Positions 18,123 to 29,500 of a DNA stretch of 64,000 nucleotides are shown in pieces. Source of the DNA: Alphaproteobacteria bacterium. Lineage in GTDB: Bacteria; Pseudomonadota; Alphaproteobacteria; JAQWUY01. Every line of letters starts with the position of its first letter. Position 1 is the first letter of the stretch. The stretch spans positions 144,684 to 208,683 of the forward strand of contig OZ246977.1 in assembly GCA_965232465.1 (NCBI GenBank). Reading direction: 5' to 3'. The position numbers and the translations under genes are program-made. A model generated the notes under the pieces. It ran no database searches. It was not told the DNA's origin and saw only the letters and a list, made by a program, of their open reading frames with translations.

Positions 18123-19649
18123 ATGCAATTATACCCATTGTGGAAACGGGTGTTGGTTTTATGTGTGGTGGCACTGGGGGCAGTATTTGCCACCCCGAAT
18201 GTAGCCCCCATAAAACACGATTGGTTACGGCCGTTAAAATTAGGTCTGGACTTACAAGGCGGGGCACATTTGTTGTTGGAAATTGAACGACAAATGGTGC
18301 TCGACATGTTTTACGAAGGGCTATCGGATAGCATCCGTGCCGAATTACGCACCCAAAAAATCAAATATACAGATATTAATGTCAAATCGGATAGCGTACA
18401 GGTGCAGATTCGGGATGCGGGCAATGTGGATTCTGCGTTGGCAAATACCCGGTTTTTGGCAAATGAACTAAATGTAACAAAAACCAGTTCGATACTTGAT
18501 TATCAATTGACGGAAGCCGGTATGCGCGAACGCATGACACAGATTATTGGGCAAACTATTGAAATTATCCGCCGCCGCATTGATGGGGCGGGTACCCAAG
18601 AACCGCTTATTCAACGCCAGGGGGAAAACCGTATCGTATTGCAATTGCCGGGGGTGGAAAACCCTGATGCCATTAAAAGGCTGTTGGGGAAAACCGCAAA
18701 AATGACATTTCACTTGGTGGATACCAGCCGTTCCCCCTCAGCAGATTTACCCTCGAATCGGTTTGTTGCCGAAGATGCGGATGGGGTGCAATATGTGTTG
18801 GAAAAACGGGTATATGTAAGCGGTGAAAATTTGGTCGACGCCCAACCCACATACAACCAAAACCAACCTGTGGTATCGTTCCGCTTTGATACGGTCGGTG
18901 CCAGAAAATTTGGCAGCTTAACCAGCCGGAATGTGGGCAAGCAAATTGCCATTGTGCTGGACGGTGTGTTAATATCCGCCCCCAGTGTGAATGAGCCGAT
19001 TTTGGGGGGCACCGGGGTAATTACCGGCAGCTTTACGGCGGAAACCGCCGGCGATTTGGCGGTGTTGTTACGATCGGGGGCATTGCCTGTACCCTTAGTT
19101 ATTGCCGAAGAGCGCACAGTCGGTCCCGGACTGGGTGCCGATAGCATCGCCTCGGGCAAAATGGCGTCTGTGTTGGGGTTGGTATTTGTCGTATTATTTA
19201 TGAACTTTATGTACCGCCGTTTTGGGGCGTATGCCACGCTGGCACTGGGGATAAATATGGTGTTGATTGTGGCGGTGCTGGATGGAGTACAGGCGACCCT
19301 GACCTTGCCCGGCATTGCCGGTATTGTCCTTACCATGGGGATGGCGGTCGATGCCAATGTGTTAATATTCGAACGCATTCGGGAAGAGGTCAATAAGGGC
19401 GGTAAAATTGCCCAGTCTGTGGAACGGGGATTTAAAACCGCATTTTTAACCATTGTCGATGCAAACATTACCGGCTTGATTGCAGGGTTTATTTTATTTA
19501 CCTTTGGCACGGGACCGATTCAAGGATTTGCGGTTACCTTGTCGATTGGTATTTTAACCAGTATGTTTTCGGCGATTATTATTACCCGTTGGTTGTTATT
19601 GCGGTGGGTGGTGTTTAAAAATCCATCGGCTTTACCAAAAGGATTCTAA
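18123..19649 (+). CDS. secD: Protein translocase subunit SecD
   Basis: LGLDLQGG, LLRSGALP, GPGLG, GMAVDANVLIFERIREE. Confidence 0.98.
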   Translation: MQLYPLWKRVLVLCVVALGAVFATPNVAPIKHDWLRPLKLGLDLQGGAHLLLEIERQMVLDMFYEGLSDSIRAELRTQKIKYTDINVKSDSVQVQIRDAGNVDSALANTRFLANELNVTKTSSILDYQLTEAGMRERMTQIIGQTIEIIRRRIDGAGTQEPLIQRQGENRIVLQLPGVENPDAIKRLLGKTAKMTFHLVDTSRSPSADLPSNRFVAEDADGVQYVLEKRVYVSGENLVDAQPTYNQNQPVVSFRFDTVGARKFGSLTSRNVGKQIAIVLDGVLISAPSVNEPILGGTGVITGSFTAETAGDLAVLLRSGALPVPLVIAEERTVGPGLGADSIASGKMASVLGLVFVVLFMNFMYRRFGAYATLALGINMVLIVAVLDGVQATLTLPGIAGIVLTMGMAVDANVLIFERIREEVNKGGKIAQSVERGFKTAFLTIVDANITGLIAGFILFTFGTGPIQGFAVTLSIGILTSMFSAIIITRWLLLRWVVFKNPSALPKGF

Positions 19650-19651
19650 GT

Positions 19652-20626
19652 ATGCAAGTATTACAAAATACAAAATTTGATTTTATGTCGAGGGTAAAAT
19701 TGTTCTTGGCATTTTCCCTGTTATTGGGGGGTATTACGGTGGCGACCATTGGACTGCGTGGGGTGAATTACGGTATTGATTTTAGTGGCGGTGTGTTGCT
19801 GGAGGTAAAATTAAACCAAAACATAGGCATTGCTGATGTGCGAAAAGCGGTATCGTCCGTGCCCAATGTGGATGCCTCATTACAAGAATTTGGGGCAAAA
19901 GATATTATATTGTTGCGGGCAAATATCGACAATGTGGACAATACGGCGGGGGTAAATTTGATTAAACAAGCCATTGCCGACCTTGTATCAGAATTTCGCC
20001 GTACGGAATTTGTCGGTCCTGTGGTTGGCGAAGAACTAAAAAAGGATGCAGCACTTGCCGTCTTGTATTCGCTGTTGGCGATTATGCTGTATATTTGGGT
20101 GCGATTCGAATGGCAATACGGGGTTGCCGCCTTAATTGCCCTGATACACGATGTGGTGATTACCATTGGATTTATTGTTGTTATGGGGATCGAATTTGGC
20201 TTGCCCACCGTGGCGGCCATTTTGACCATTGCCGGATATTCGATCAACGATACGGTGGTGGTGTTTGACCGTGTACGGGAAAATTTTGGGGTGCATCAGA
20301 AAAAATCCTACGCAGAAGTGTTTAATATATCCATAAACCAATCCCTAAGCCGTACGGTAATAACCTCCGTTACCACCCTGATTGCCCTTATATCGTTGGT
20401 GGTATTTGGCGGTGAAGTTATCCGTGGCTTTGCCATGGCAATGGTGTTTGGGGTGGTCATAGGCACATATTCATCGAACTGTGTGGCGGTGCCATTGTTA
20501 TTGTGGCAAAAACCCAATCGGGGCCAACAAGACGACGATGACGACCCCATCAAAAAACGCTTTTCTGAACAGGACGAAGAAGAAAACCCGGTGCAAAAAC
20601 GCTTTGCCAATAAATCAGATTCATAA
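19652..20626 (+). CDS. secF: Protein translocase subunit SecF
   Basis: GIDFSGG, GYSINDTVVVFDRVRE, GTYSS. Confidence 0.97.
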   Translation: MQVLQNTKFDFMSRVKLFLAFSLLLGGITVATIGLRGVNYGIDFSGGVLLEVKLNQNIGIADVRKAVSSVPNVDASLQEFGAKDIILLRANIDNVDNTAGVNLIKQAIADLVSEFRRTEFVGPVVGEELKKDAALAVLYSLLAIMLYIWVRFEWQYGVAALIALIHDVVITIGFIVVMGIEFGLPTVAAILTIAGYSINDTVVVFDRVRENFGVHQKKSYAEVFNISINQSLSRTVITSVTTLIALISLVVFGGEVIRGFAMAMVFGVVIGTYSSNCVAVPLLLWQKPNRGQQDDDDDPIKKRFSEQDEEENPVQKRFANKSDS

Positions 20627-20644
20627 ATCCCACATGGTGGTAAA

Positions 20645-21247
20645 ATGCAATTTATCGACCCCACAATTTTTACCGAATTGATGGTCTTTGCATTTGCCAC
20701 CACCATAACGCCGGGTTTAAATAATATATTGATGTTTTTATTTGTGTTACACTTTGGCGTGTGGCAGGCGGTTAAGTTCCGCATGGGGGTATTGGTGGGA
20801 TTTCCGGCTCTGTCCGCTTTTGTGGTGGTGGCACTTGCCCCCGTTATGCAAACATACCCTTACAGTATGCAAATATTGGAAATTTTGGGGGTGGGATTGT
20901 TATTATACTTGGGATATAAAATATGCACCAGCAAGCCGACTTTATCACAAGACACAAAAAGATTTGGGTTTTTTCACGGTGTATTGTTGCAACTGATAAA
21001 TGGCAAAGCATGGTCGATGGCATTTGTGGCAACCACCTTATATACCAACCCAGAAACCCCAATTATAACCCAAGCCTCCACTATTGCCATAGCATTTTTT
21101 GTAACCAATATCCTATGTTCCATCCCCTGGATACTAGCCCCATATTATTTAAAAAACATCCTATACAACGACCGCAACATGCGGATAATAAACTACATAT
21201 TCGGCACAATAATCATATACTTGGCATTGGCACCGTATATATTTTAG
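20645..21247 (+). CDS. LysE/RhtB-family amino acid exporter
   Basis: ITPGLNN and LQLINGKAW motifs (TPGPN/NPKAW-like); about 6 hydrophobic segments. Confidence 0.85.
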   Translation: MQFIDPTIFTELMVFAFATTITPGLNNILMFLFVLHFGVWQAVKFRMGVLVGFPALSAFVVVALAPVMQTYPYSMQILEILGVGLLLYLGYKICTSKPTLSQDTKRFGFFHGVLLQLINGKAWSMAFVATTLYTNPETPIITQASTIAIAFFVTNILCSIPWILAPYYLKNILYNDRNMRIINYIFGTIIIYLALAPYIF

Positions 21248-21328
21248 CTTTATCTATGCCCACCCCTTTATTTTTTAAAGAAATATCCTTGAAACTTAAA
21301 TATTCGGATTATATGCACAGAAAAGTAT

Positions 21329-21491
21329 TTGACTAATGTATTCATATAGTGTAGAATGGACTATGTACAGGATAGGTGAAACTAGTACAGTGGCTGGGAA
21401 CAGTGATTATCGTTCGTTAATCTGCAAACATTATATTGGCTTAATAGTCAAGTCCTACTTGAAAAGGCATCCCATTGGGATGCCTTTTATT
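21329..21491 (+). ncRNA. Candidate small structured RNA with its own promoter and terminator
   Basis: TTGACT-17 bp-TAGAAT (21329-21357), ~130 nt with several hairpins, ending in an intrinsic terminator; lies between two convergent genes. Confidence 0.45.
21462..21491. terminator. Bidirectional intrinsic terminator
   Basis: AAAAGGCATCCC-ATT-GGGATGCCTTTT hairpin downstream of trmFO (-) and of the candidate sRNA (+). Confidence 0.8.
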
Positions 21492-21548
21492 GTCGAATAT
21501 TTTTCAGCAATGCCAAAACCTATTTGCAAAAGATAAATTTTTTTAATT

Positions 21549-22895
21549 TTAACCAAGCCATTCCCTTAAAGCATGCAATGCCCGCTTCGCTTGGTATATT
21601 TTTCTTTCTTTGCCCCGTAGTTTGCGTTTTTTGCCGTTTGGGGATAGGTGCATTGGGACTTCGGGCATAAGTCCGAAGTTTATGTTCATCGGTTGGAAGG
21701 TATCCGCCACCGCATCGCCTGTTATGTATGCCAGTAATGCCCCGATTGCTGTTTCCTTGGGGGGTATGTTGGGGGGTGCATTGTTAAGGTGTTCGGCAAT
21801 AAATCGTCCAGCCAATAGCCCCATCGCCGCAGATTCCACATATCCTTCGACCCCTGTTAATTGTCCGGCACAATATATGTGCGGGGCGGATTTTAATGCC
21901 ATGGTGCCGGTGAGCAGTTGGGGGCTGTTGATAAAAGTGTTGCGGTGTATCCCGCCTAATCGGGCAAATTCGGCATTTTCCAGTCCGCTTATGGTACGCA
22001 ATATGCGCTGTTGTTCCCTGTATTTCATTTTGGTTTGAAAACCCACAATATTCCACAATGTTCCCGATGCGTTATCCCGGCGCAGTTGTACCACCGCATG
22101 GGCGGGTTTTCCTGTATGGGGCGAAGTCAAACCGACCGGTTTCATGGGACCGTATCGCAAGGTGTCGACCCCCCGGGATGCCATCACTTCGATGGGTAAA
22201 CAGCCTTCAAAATACGGGGTATCCCGTTCCCAGTCTTTAAAGGGGTTATATTCGGCGGTGGTAAGGGCATCGACAAAGGCTTCATATTGGGGTTTATCCA
22301 GGGGACAATTAATATAATCGTCCCCATTGCCTTTGTCATATCGGGATTGAAACCATGCCTTGCTAAGGTCGATACTGTCAAAATGGACAATCGGGGCAAT
22401 GGCATCAAAAAAATGCAGGCTGTCTGAATCGGTCATGTGTAATAAACTGTCGCTTAACGCATCGGAGGTTAGCGGTCCCGTTGCCACTAACACAGGTATA
22501 TGTGATGTGGGGGGCAGGATGGTAATTTCCCGCCGCTCAAGGGTAATATTGGGGTGTGTCTCGATTTTTTCTGTAACCATTTGGGCAAAGGGTTCCCGGT
22601 CGACGGCTAATGCCCCACCGGCGGGCAATTTGTGGGTGTCGGCACAGTGTAGTATTAAACTCCCTAGCTCCCGCATTTCTTGGTGTAATACCCCAATTGC
22701 ACTGGTCATATGGTCATCGCTACGCAAGGAATTCGAACACACCAATTCCGCCAAATCATCCGTTTGATGGGCAAAAGTTTCCTTAGTCCCGCGCATTTCT
22801 GATAACAGCACTGTAAACCCCCGGTTGGCCAATTGCCAAGACGCTTCCGCCCCCGCTAATCCCCCACCGATAACATGCACGGCATATGTCCCCAT
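21549..22895 (-). CDS. trmFO: Methylenetetrahydrofolate--tRNA-(uracil-5-)-methyltransferase TrmFO
   Basis: [53 protein letters not shown]. Confidence 0.97.
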   Translation of the reverse strand: MGTYAVHVIGGGLAGAEASWQLANRGFTVLLSEMRGTKETFAHQTDDLAELVCSNSLRSDDHMTSAIGVLHQEMRELGSLILHCADTHKLPAGGALAVDREPFAQMVTEKIETHPNITLERREITILPPTSHIPVLVATGPLTSDALSDSLLHMTDSDSLHFFDAIAPIVHFDSIDLSKAWFQSRYDKGNGDDYINCPLDKPQYEAFVDALTTAEYNPFKDWERDTPYFEGCLPIEVMASRGVDTLRYGPMKPVGLTSPHTGKPAHAVVQLRRDNASGTLWNIVGFQTKMKYREQQRILRTISGLENAEFARLGGIHRNTFINSPQLLTGTMALKSAPHIYCAGQLTGVEGYVESAAMGLLAGRFIAEHLNNAPPNIPPKETAIGALLAYITGDAVADTFQPMNINFGLMPEVPMHLSPNGKKRKLRGKERKIYQAKRALHALREWLG

Positions 22896-22899
22896 ACCC

Positions 22900-25731
22900 C
22901 TATGCCCCTACATGTTTTTTTAAATAGTGCCCAGTGATGCTGTTGGCGGTTTTACAAATATTTTCCGGGGTGCCCGTCGCCACAATATGACCGCCCTTAT
23001 CCCCGCCATCAGGGCCCAAATCAATCACCCAATCGGCGGTTTTTATCACATCCAGATTGTGTTCGATAACCAACACCGAATTGCCATTTTCCACCAATTT
23101 ATGTAATACCCCCAACAGGTTTTTTACATCTTCGAAGTGTAATCCGGTGGTGGGTTCGTCCAATATATACAAAGTCCGCCCGGTTGCCCGACGGGACAAT
23201 TCTTTGGATAATTTAACCCGTTGTGCCTCCCCCCCCGACAGGGTGGTGGCTTTTTGCCCCACCTGAATATAGCCCAGCCCCACTTGTTGTAAGGTTATCA
23301 TTTTATCGTGGATACTAGGGACGGATTTAAAGAAATCCACCGCTTCATCAACGGTCATGTTTAAAACATCGGAAATATTTTTACCTTTGTTTAAAATTTC
23401 CAAAGTTTCCCGATTATACCGGTGTCCTTTACATTGGTCACATTCCACATACACATCGGGTAAAAAGTGCATTTCAATTTTTAATACCCCATCCCCTTGG
23501 CAGGATTCACACCGTCCGCCCTTGGTATTGAACGAAAACCGCCCCGCTAAATATCCCCGGGCTTTTGATTCGGGGATATGGGCAAACCATTCCCGAATCG
23601 GTGTAAATGCCCCCGTGTAGGTGGCGGGATTCGAACGGGGTGTCCGCCCAATCGGCGATTGGTTAATGTCGATCACTTTATCCAAATACTGCATGCCCTT
23701 AATGTGGGTGTATGGGGCGGGGGATGCGTGCGATCCCATCAGGTCACGACTTAAAATACTACGCAGGGTTTCCAAGATCAAAGTCGATTTTCCCGACCCA
23801 GAAACACCCGTAACACAGGTTAAAGTCCCCAGTGGAATTTTGACATTTACATCACACAAATTGTTACCGCTTGCCCCGATTAATTCGATATGACGGTTGT
23901 GTCCTTTACGGCGTTTTTTGGGAACAGGGATATACTTTTCCCCCCTTAAATATTGGGCGGTGATGCTTTTTTTACATTTCATAACTTTTGCTACGGGACC
24001 TTCGACCATTACGAGTCCGCCATGGATACCCGCCCCGGGTCCCATATCAATAAGGTAATCCGCATTGCGAATGGCATCTTCGTCATGTTCGACCACCACC
24101 ACAGTATTCCCTTGGTCCCGTAATTTTTTTAATGTGTTTAACAGGCGGCTATTATCCCGTTGATGCAGCCCAATGCTGGGTTCGTCCAACACATATAATA
24201 CACCGGTTAAACCGGATCCAATTTGGCTGGCAAGGCGGATGCGTTGGCTTTCCCCCCCGGACAAAGTCCCCGACTTACGGCTGAGCGACAGGTAATTTAA
24301 CCCCACATTTTTCAGGAAAGTTAAACGGTCGACAATTTCTTTGAGTACTTTTTCGGCGATTTTTTGTTGCTGTTTGTTTAAGTGATCGGAAACGGTTTTA
24401 AACCACTTTAACGAATCGCTAATCGACATGCTGGCCGCTTCCCCAATATTTTTATCATGGATTTTAACACACAATGATTCTTGTTTTAGGCGATACCCCT
24501 TACAATGGTCACAAATGCCCAACGATTGGTATTGTTCCAACACTTGTTTTTGGGCGGTGTTACTGGCTTCTCGATATTTTCGTACCATATTGGGAATAAC
24601 CCCTTCAAAAGGCTTCGAAGCCTGAAACCTACGCATACCATCGTCGTATGAAAATACGATGGTATCCTTGGTGCCATGTAAAATAGCGGTGCGTATTTTT
24701 TGTGGTATGTCTTGCCATTTTGTGGTCGGCGATATGTTGTAATGATGGGCGATCGATTCCAGCGTTTGTTGGTACAAAATATTTTTATTGGCGTTCCAAG
24801 GGGCAATCGATTTTAACAACGGTTTATGGGCACCTGCAACAATAAGGCTTTCGTCAAATGACAACGCCGTCCCAATACCATCACAATGGGGACATGCCCC
24901 AAATGGGCTATTGAATGAAAAAATGCGGGGTTCGATTTCCTCCATATAAAATCCGCTTTCTGGACAGGCAAACTTCGATGAATATAAATGACGATTCGAA
25001 GGATTCTTATATTCCTCGACCACTAAAATACCCTCCGATAATTTCAAGGCGGTTTCCACCGACGATGCCAATCGTTGCTGTATATGGGGTTTGACACGAA
25101 TACGGTCAACCACCACTTCCAAAGTGTGTTTGATGTTTTTATCAAGCGGCGGTATATGGGCAATTTCGTATAGGGTACCATCCACTTTCAGACGGGCAAA
25201 GCCTTTTTGTTGTAAGGTGGCGATTTCTTTTTTGTATTCCCCCTTGCGTCCCCGTACAATCGGGGCAAGCAACAATATACGGGTGCCTTTTGGTAAGGCA
25301 AGGATACTGTCCACCATATTGGCAACAGACATGGATTGTATGGGTTTCCCTGTGCTGGGGCTGTATGGAATGCCCGCCCGTGCGTATAACAGACGCATAT
25401 AATCGTAAATTTCCGTAACTGTGCCCACAGTCGAACGGGGGTTTTTACTGGTGGTTTTTTGTTCGATCGATATGGCGGGGCTTAGCCCGGTGATGCTTTC
25501 CACATTGGGTTTGTGCATTACATCCAAAAATTGTCGGGCGTATGCGGATAAGCTTTCCACATATCGCCGTTGTCCATCCGCATATATGGTGTCAAACGCC
25601 AATGAAGACTTTCCCGATCCACTTAAACCGGTAATCACGGTTAAACTGCCCCGGGGAATTGATACGGCAACATTTTGCAGGTTGTGTTCACATGCCCCCC
25701 TTACAATAATATGCGTATTTTTGTCCAGCAT
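22900..25731 (-). CDS. uvrA: Excinuclease ABC subunit A
   Basis: Two Walker A motifs ([16 protein letters not shown]), zinc fingers, LSGGE signatures; probable start at the ATG at 25731. Confidence 0.98.
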   Translation of the reverse strand: MLDKNTHIIVRGACEHNLQNVAVSIPRGSLTVITGLSGSGKSSLAFDTIYADGQRRYVESLSAYARQFLDVMHKPNVESITGLSPAISIEQKTTSKNPRSTVGTVTEIYDYMRLLYARAGIPYSPSTGKPIQSMSVANMVDSILALPKGTRILLLAPIVRGRKGEYKKEIATLQQKGFARLKVDGTLYEIAHIPPLDKNIKHTLEVVVDRIRVKPHIQQRLASSVETALKLSEGILVVEEYKNPSNRHLYSSKFACPESGFYMEEIEPRIFSFNSPFGACPHCDGIGTALSFDESLIVAGAHKPLLKSIAPWNANKNILYQQTLESIAHHYNISPTTKWQDIPQKIRTAILHGTKDTIVFSYDDGMRRFQASKPFEGVIPNMVRKYREASNTAQKQVLEQYQSLGICDHCKGYRLKQESLCVKIHDKNIGEAASMSISDSLKWFKTVSDHLNKQQQKIAEKVLKEIVDRLTFLKNVGLNYLSLSRKSGTLSGGESQRIRLASQIGSGLTGVLYVLDEPSIGLHQRDNSRLLNTLKKLRDQGNTVVVVEHDEDAIRNADYLIDMGPGAGIHGGLVMVEGPVAKVMKCKKSITAQYLRGEKYIPVPKKRRKGHNRHIELIGASGNNLCDVNVKIPLGTLTCVTGVSGSGKSTLILETLRSILSRDLMGSHASPAPYTHIKGMQYLDKVIDINQSPIGRTPRSNPATYTGAFTPIREWFAHIPESKARGYLAGRFSFNTKGGRCESCQGDGVLKIEMHFLPDVYVECDQCKGHRYNRETLEILNKGKNISDVLNMTVDEAVDFFKSVPSIHDKMITLQQVGLGYIQVGQKATTLSGGEAQRVKLSKELSRRATGRTLYILDEPTTGLHFEDVKNLLGVLHKLVENGNSVLVIEHNLDVIKTADWVIDLGPDGGDKGGHIVATGTPENICKTANSITGHYLKKHVGA

Positions 25732-25900
25732 TGTTGTATACCCGTTTGTTACCAAAAATGTGGGCACATCATACACGATGGGGGGGTGTGTATATAAGTC
25801 GATAAATTATCGAAATTTATAAAAAAGATGCTATACATTGCCCCCAAAACTGTGATATGTTATATACATTTTTTGCAACAATTTTAACAAGGAAGATAAA

Positions 25901-26398
25901 ATGGCAGGTAGCGTAAACAAAGTCATATTAGTCGGTAACTTAGGGACGGAACCAGAAGTTCGCAACACACAAAGCGGTGCCAAGGTCGCAACCCTTAGCC
26001 TTGCCACCAGCGAAACATGGAAAGATCAATCGGGACAACGCCAAGAACGCACTGAATGGCATCGGGTGGTTGTGTTTGGTGATGGATTGGTAAATGTGAT
26101 TGAACAATATGTCAAAAAAGGCATGAAAGTATATATCGAAGGGCAACTGCGTACCCGCAAATGGCAAGACCAACAGGGACAGGATAGATACACAACAGAG
26201 GTGGTTATTTCTGGTTTTGGCGGCACATTAACCATGTTGTCATCAAAAAATGAAGGCGGTGGCGGATACGCCAACGAAGGCGGGGGATATAATCAAAATC
26301 GAGAGGGACAACATCAAGGCGGGGGACAAACCGGCGGTATCCCCCAAGATGGGGGCGTAGGCGGTATATCCGACCTAGACGACGACATTCCATTTTAA
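25901..26398 (+). CDS. ssb: Single-stranded DNA-binding protein
   Basis: MAGSVNKVILVGNLG...TEWHRVV...C-terminal DDDIPF; divergent from uvrA. Confidence 0.98.
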   Translation: MAGSVNKVILVGNLGTEPEVRNTQSGAKVATLSLATSETWKDQSGQRQERTEWHRVVVFGDGLVNVIEQYVKKGMKVYIEGQLRTRKWQDQQGQDRYTTEVVISGFGGTLTMLSSKNEGGGGYANEGGGYNQNREGQHQGGGQTGGIPQDGGVGGISDLDDDIPF

Positions 26399-26432
26399 TG
26401 TATTCTTAGTACGGTATATAACGCACCTGCAC

Positions 26433-26541
26433 AAAAAAGGGGGATGCATGCCCCCTTTTTAGGTTTGCTTGTTTTATTTAATACTGTATAATATTTATCC
26501 CCTCTGGGGATGCATACCCCCTTTTTAGGTTTGCTTGTTTT
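26433..26541. terminator. Bidirectional terminator present as a 36-bp direct duplication
   Basis: GGGGATGCAT(G/A)CCCCCTTTTTAGGTTTGCTTGTTTT at 26440-26475 and 26506-26541, between convergent ssb and adhesin 2. Confidence 0.75.
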
Positions 26542-26551
26542 TGATGGGGTT

Positions 26552-29500
26552 TTAAGGGGTTACAAGGTATATAATATCTTCAAAGGCGTTGTATTTTTTA
26601 CCGCTATCTGCCCCTATTTGAATCTTTAACTTTATCACTTTTTTGTTGCCTTGACTTTGTACAAAGGTTATTTCACGACCATCTTGTAGGTCATTTTTTA
26701 GCTTTGTTTCCAATTCACTTTCAGTTCCTTTTAAGAACCTTGCACCATTAGAGATTTTTACATCTTCGGCGGTGCTTGTGCTTTCTGTGTTTAAAAAGGC
26801 TCTGGTTGCTGTTGAATCTATGGCGGTAACATCGCTTATATCAGTTTCAAAATTAACAGTTATGAGCCCCTGATTTTTTACAAGGGTCATTTGTGCTGAT
26901 GTTAAAGATGTAACCACCCCAAAATTATTAGTAGCGTCTAGGTCAATCCTTGCGGTTCCTGCATTATTTAAATGTTTTCCATTTAATGCCGCCGCAGGGG
27001 TAAGATATGAAGTGCGGAACGCCAACGGATAGTCTTGTTTACCGATGGCAAAGTCCGCCAGATTGACTTGTCCCGTATATTTTTTGTCGCTGGCTTTTGC
27101 TTTCATGGTAATGACAACAGTCCCACTTGATTCTGCCCCTTTTAGTTTCTTATCTGTAGTGTCCAGACTAAGGGTACCTGAGGGGGCATCGCCCGTTTTG
27201 CCCACCACAGACCAATCAAACGCCGCCACACTGCCCCCTGGCACATTGTTGTATGCCATACCGCTTAATTTTGCCCCACTGGCTTTCCATACACGGTCCG
27301 CTTGTGATGCGGTTATGCTGGGTTTGGTGGTAAGATCCGCAAGGTTTTGCTTGGCAATGGTAAAGTCCGCCAGATTCACTTGTCCCGTATATTTTTTATC
27401 GCTGGCTTTTGCTTTCATGGTAATGATAACAGTCCCACCTGATTCTGCCCCTTTTAGTTTCTTATCTGTAGTGTCCAGACTAAGGGTGCCTGAGGGGGTA
27501 TCGCCCGTTTTGCCCACCACAGACCAATCAAACGCCGCCACACTGCCCCCTGGCACATTGTTATATGCCATACCACTTAATTTTGCCCCACTGGCTTTCC
27601 ATACACGGTCCGCTTGTGATGCGGTTACGCTGGGTTTGGTGGTAAGATCCGCAAGGTTTTGCTTAGCAATGGTAAAGTCCGCTGTTTGTATGGACCCTGA
27701 GTATTTGGGGTTACTGGGGGTTGCGGTCATGGTGATTTCCACTGTACCGCCGGATTTTGCCCCCCGAATATCCCCATTAACGATATTTAATGTCCCATCG
27801 GGGGCGTCGCTTGATTTCTTAGCCACCGCCCAAGTATATTGGGTTGCCTTTGTGCCGCCCGGTAGGGTATAATTTAAGTCAATCTTGGTAACAGTACTGT
27901 CCTTCCATGCCCCATTTTCGCCCGTTGCTTTTGCCACCGCTGGGCGGGTGGTTACATCCGTTCCCAGTACTTGCTTGGCAACAGTAAAGTTGTAATATTC
28001 TGTGAGTTTTGGTGCTGTGTTTTTTGCTCTACGGATAATTTTTACCAATAGGGTACCGCCTCTGGTCAATTTATTGGCATTAATAACCCCTGTTGTGCTG
28101 TTAATAGCGTTTGCCCCTGTAATAATCCCTGTGGTGGTTGGTGTTAAGCCACTGCCATCGTCCCCACCTGTAATGATAGAGAATGTATAATCGCCCATCG
28201 CTGTTGAAAATGTTTGATTTAAATCAGACCCCTTTAAGTTATAATTGATGGCAAAGTTCTTACCCCACTTTCCTGACCCTGTGGGGGTGGTGGAAGTTAT
28301 TTGTCCCTGAGTTGTGGACAGTTCAAAGGTTTTGGTTACATCTGCGTATTTGGTGCTTTCGAATACAACGGTAATGGTGGTCGTCCCTGAGGTGATGCCC
28401 GCCCCCGATATGGTCAAGCTCTTGCCACTATCCGTTACAGCAACATTTGTATGATTATCTGTATCCGCTAGGCTCTGAACGCTCCAATCGCTTCTTGCAC
28501 TGCCAGTTGCTGTTAATTGCCCCAGTACATCGGTGGCGGTTACCTTTTTCGTACCCGATACAAAGGTTACCACAAGAGGGGCTACGCTTAGGGTATTTGC
28601 CGCTACCGTTTGTTTATTGACGGTTACATCCACATTTCGGGTAATCGTTTCATATTTATCATTCGCCGCATAGGTAATATTCACTTTTACCACCCCACCT
28701 CGGCTGGTTTTGGCAATCTTACCATCGCTCGACGCCACTGTGATAGCATTGCCCCCTGAGGTCGGACCAGCGGTCGTACCCGTCGTGGTCAAGGCGTATG
28801 TGGCATTGCCAATACCCGCAGGTTTGTTTGCTTCTGTATAGGATACCGTTTGGCTATTTGCGTTCCATGTAATAGCCCCCGCAGATACCGCAAACCCGGT
28901 GTGGTCGCTAGCCTGTTGTTTGCTCACTGTAAAGTTCTGGTATTCAGTTACCGCATCTACTCTCGATGCTCCTGTCCCTTTTGCCGCACGGACAATTTTT
29001 ATCAATAACGACCCCGATTTGGTCAGTTTGCTGGCAGTAATCGCCCCTGTTCTGATGTTAATTGCCCCTGTATAATCATTACCATCGATAATACCTGCGG
29101 TGGTGGGTGTCTTACCACTGCCATCATTGCCCCCAGATGCCACAATCGAGAAGGTATAATCTGAGGCTACAAAGTTTACGCTACCCACCGAAGTTCTTAA
29201 CTTATAATCTGTGGTGTATGTTTTACCCCATTTTCCTGAACCCGTACGCCCCCCTGTACTTATCTTCGACGGTTCTGTCGACAATTCAAATGTCACAGTC
29301 TTATTCGCATACGCAGGATGGGAAAATACGGCGGTTACAGTCGTCTTGGTGGTGATCTCATCGGATATGATCAGGGTTTTGCCCCCACTACCAACAGCAA
29401 GGTCGTCATTATTATCCGTATTGGCAACGCTTACCAATGTCCATTGGGATTTTTGCGTTTGTCCCCCTGATACAGATAATTGCCCCAATATCTCACTGGT

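Noticed and set aside
21423-21443. GCA AAC ATT ATA TTG GCT TAA (ANIILA*) resembling a tmRNA tag
   Set aside because: No tRNA-like acceptor or T-arm nearby and the tag is too short; probably coincidence.
21336-21536. 66-aa ORF in the sRNA region
   Set aside because: It starts inside the promoter spacer, reads through the terminator and has no recognisable features.
25732-25900. LexA box between uvrA and ssb
   Set aside because: No GTTC-N7-GTTC or GAAC-N7-GAAC motif found.
26440-26541. 36-bp repeat with a 30-bp spacer resembling a CRISPR unit
   Set aside because: Only two copies, no cas genes, and the unit is a terminator hairpin with a U-tract between convergent genes.
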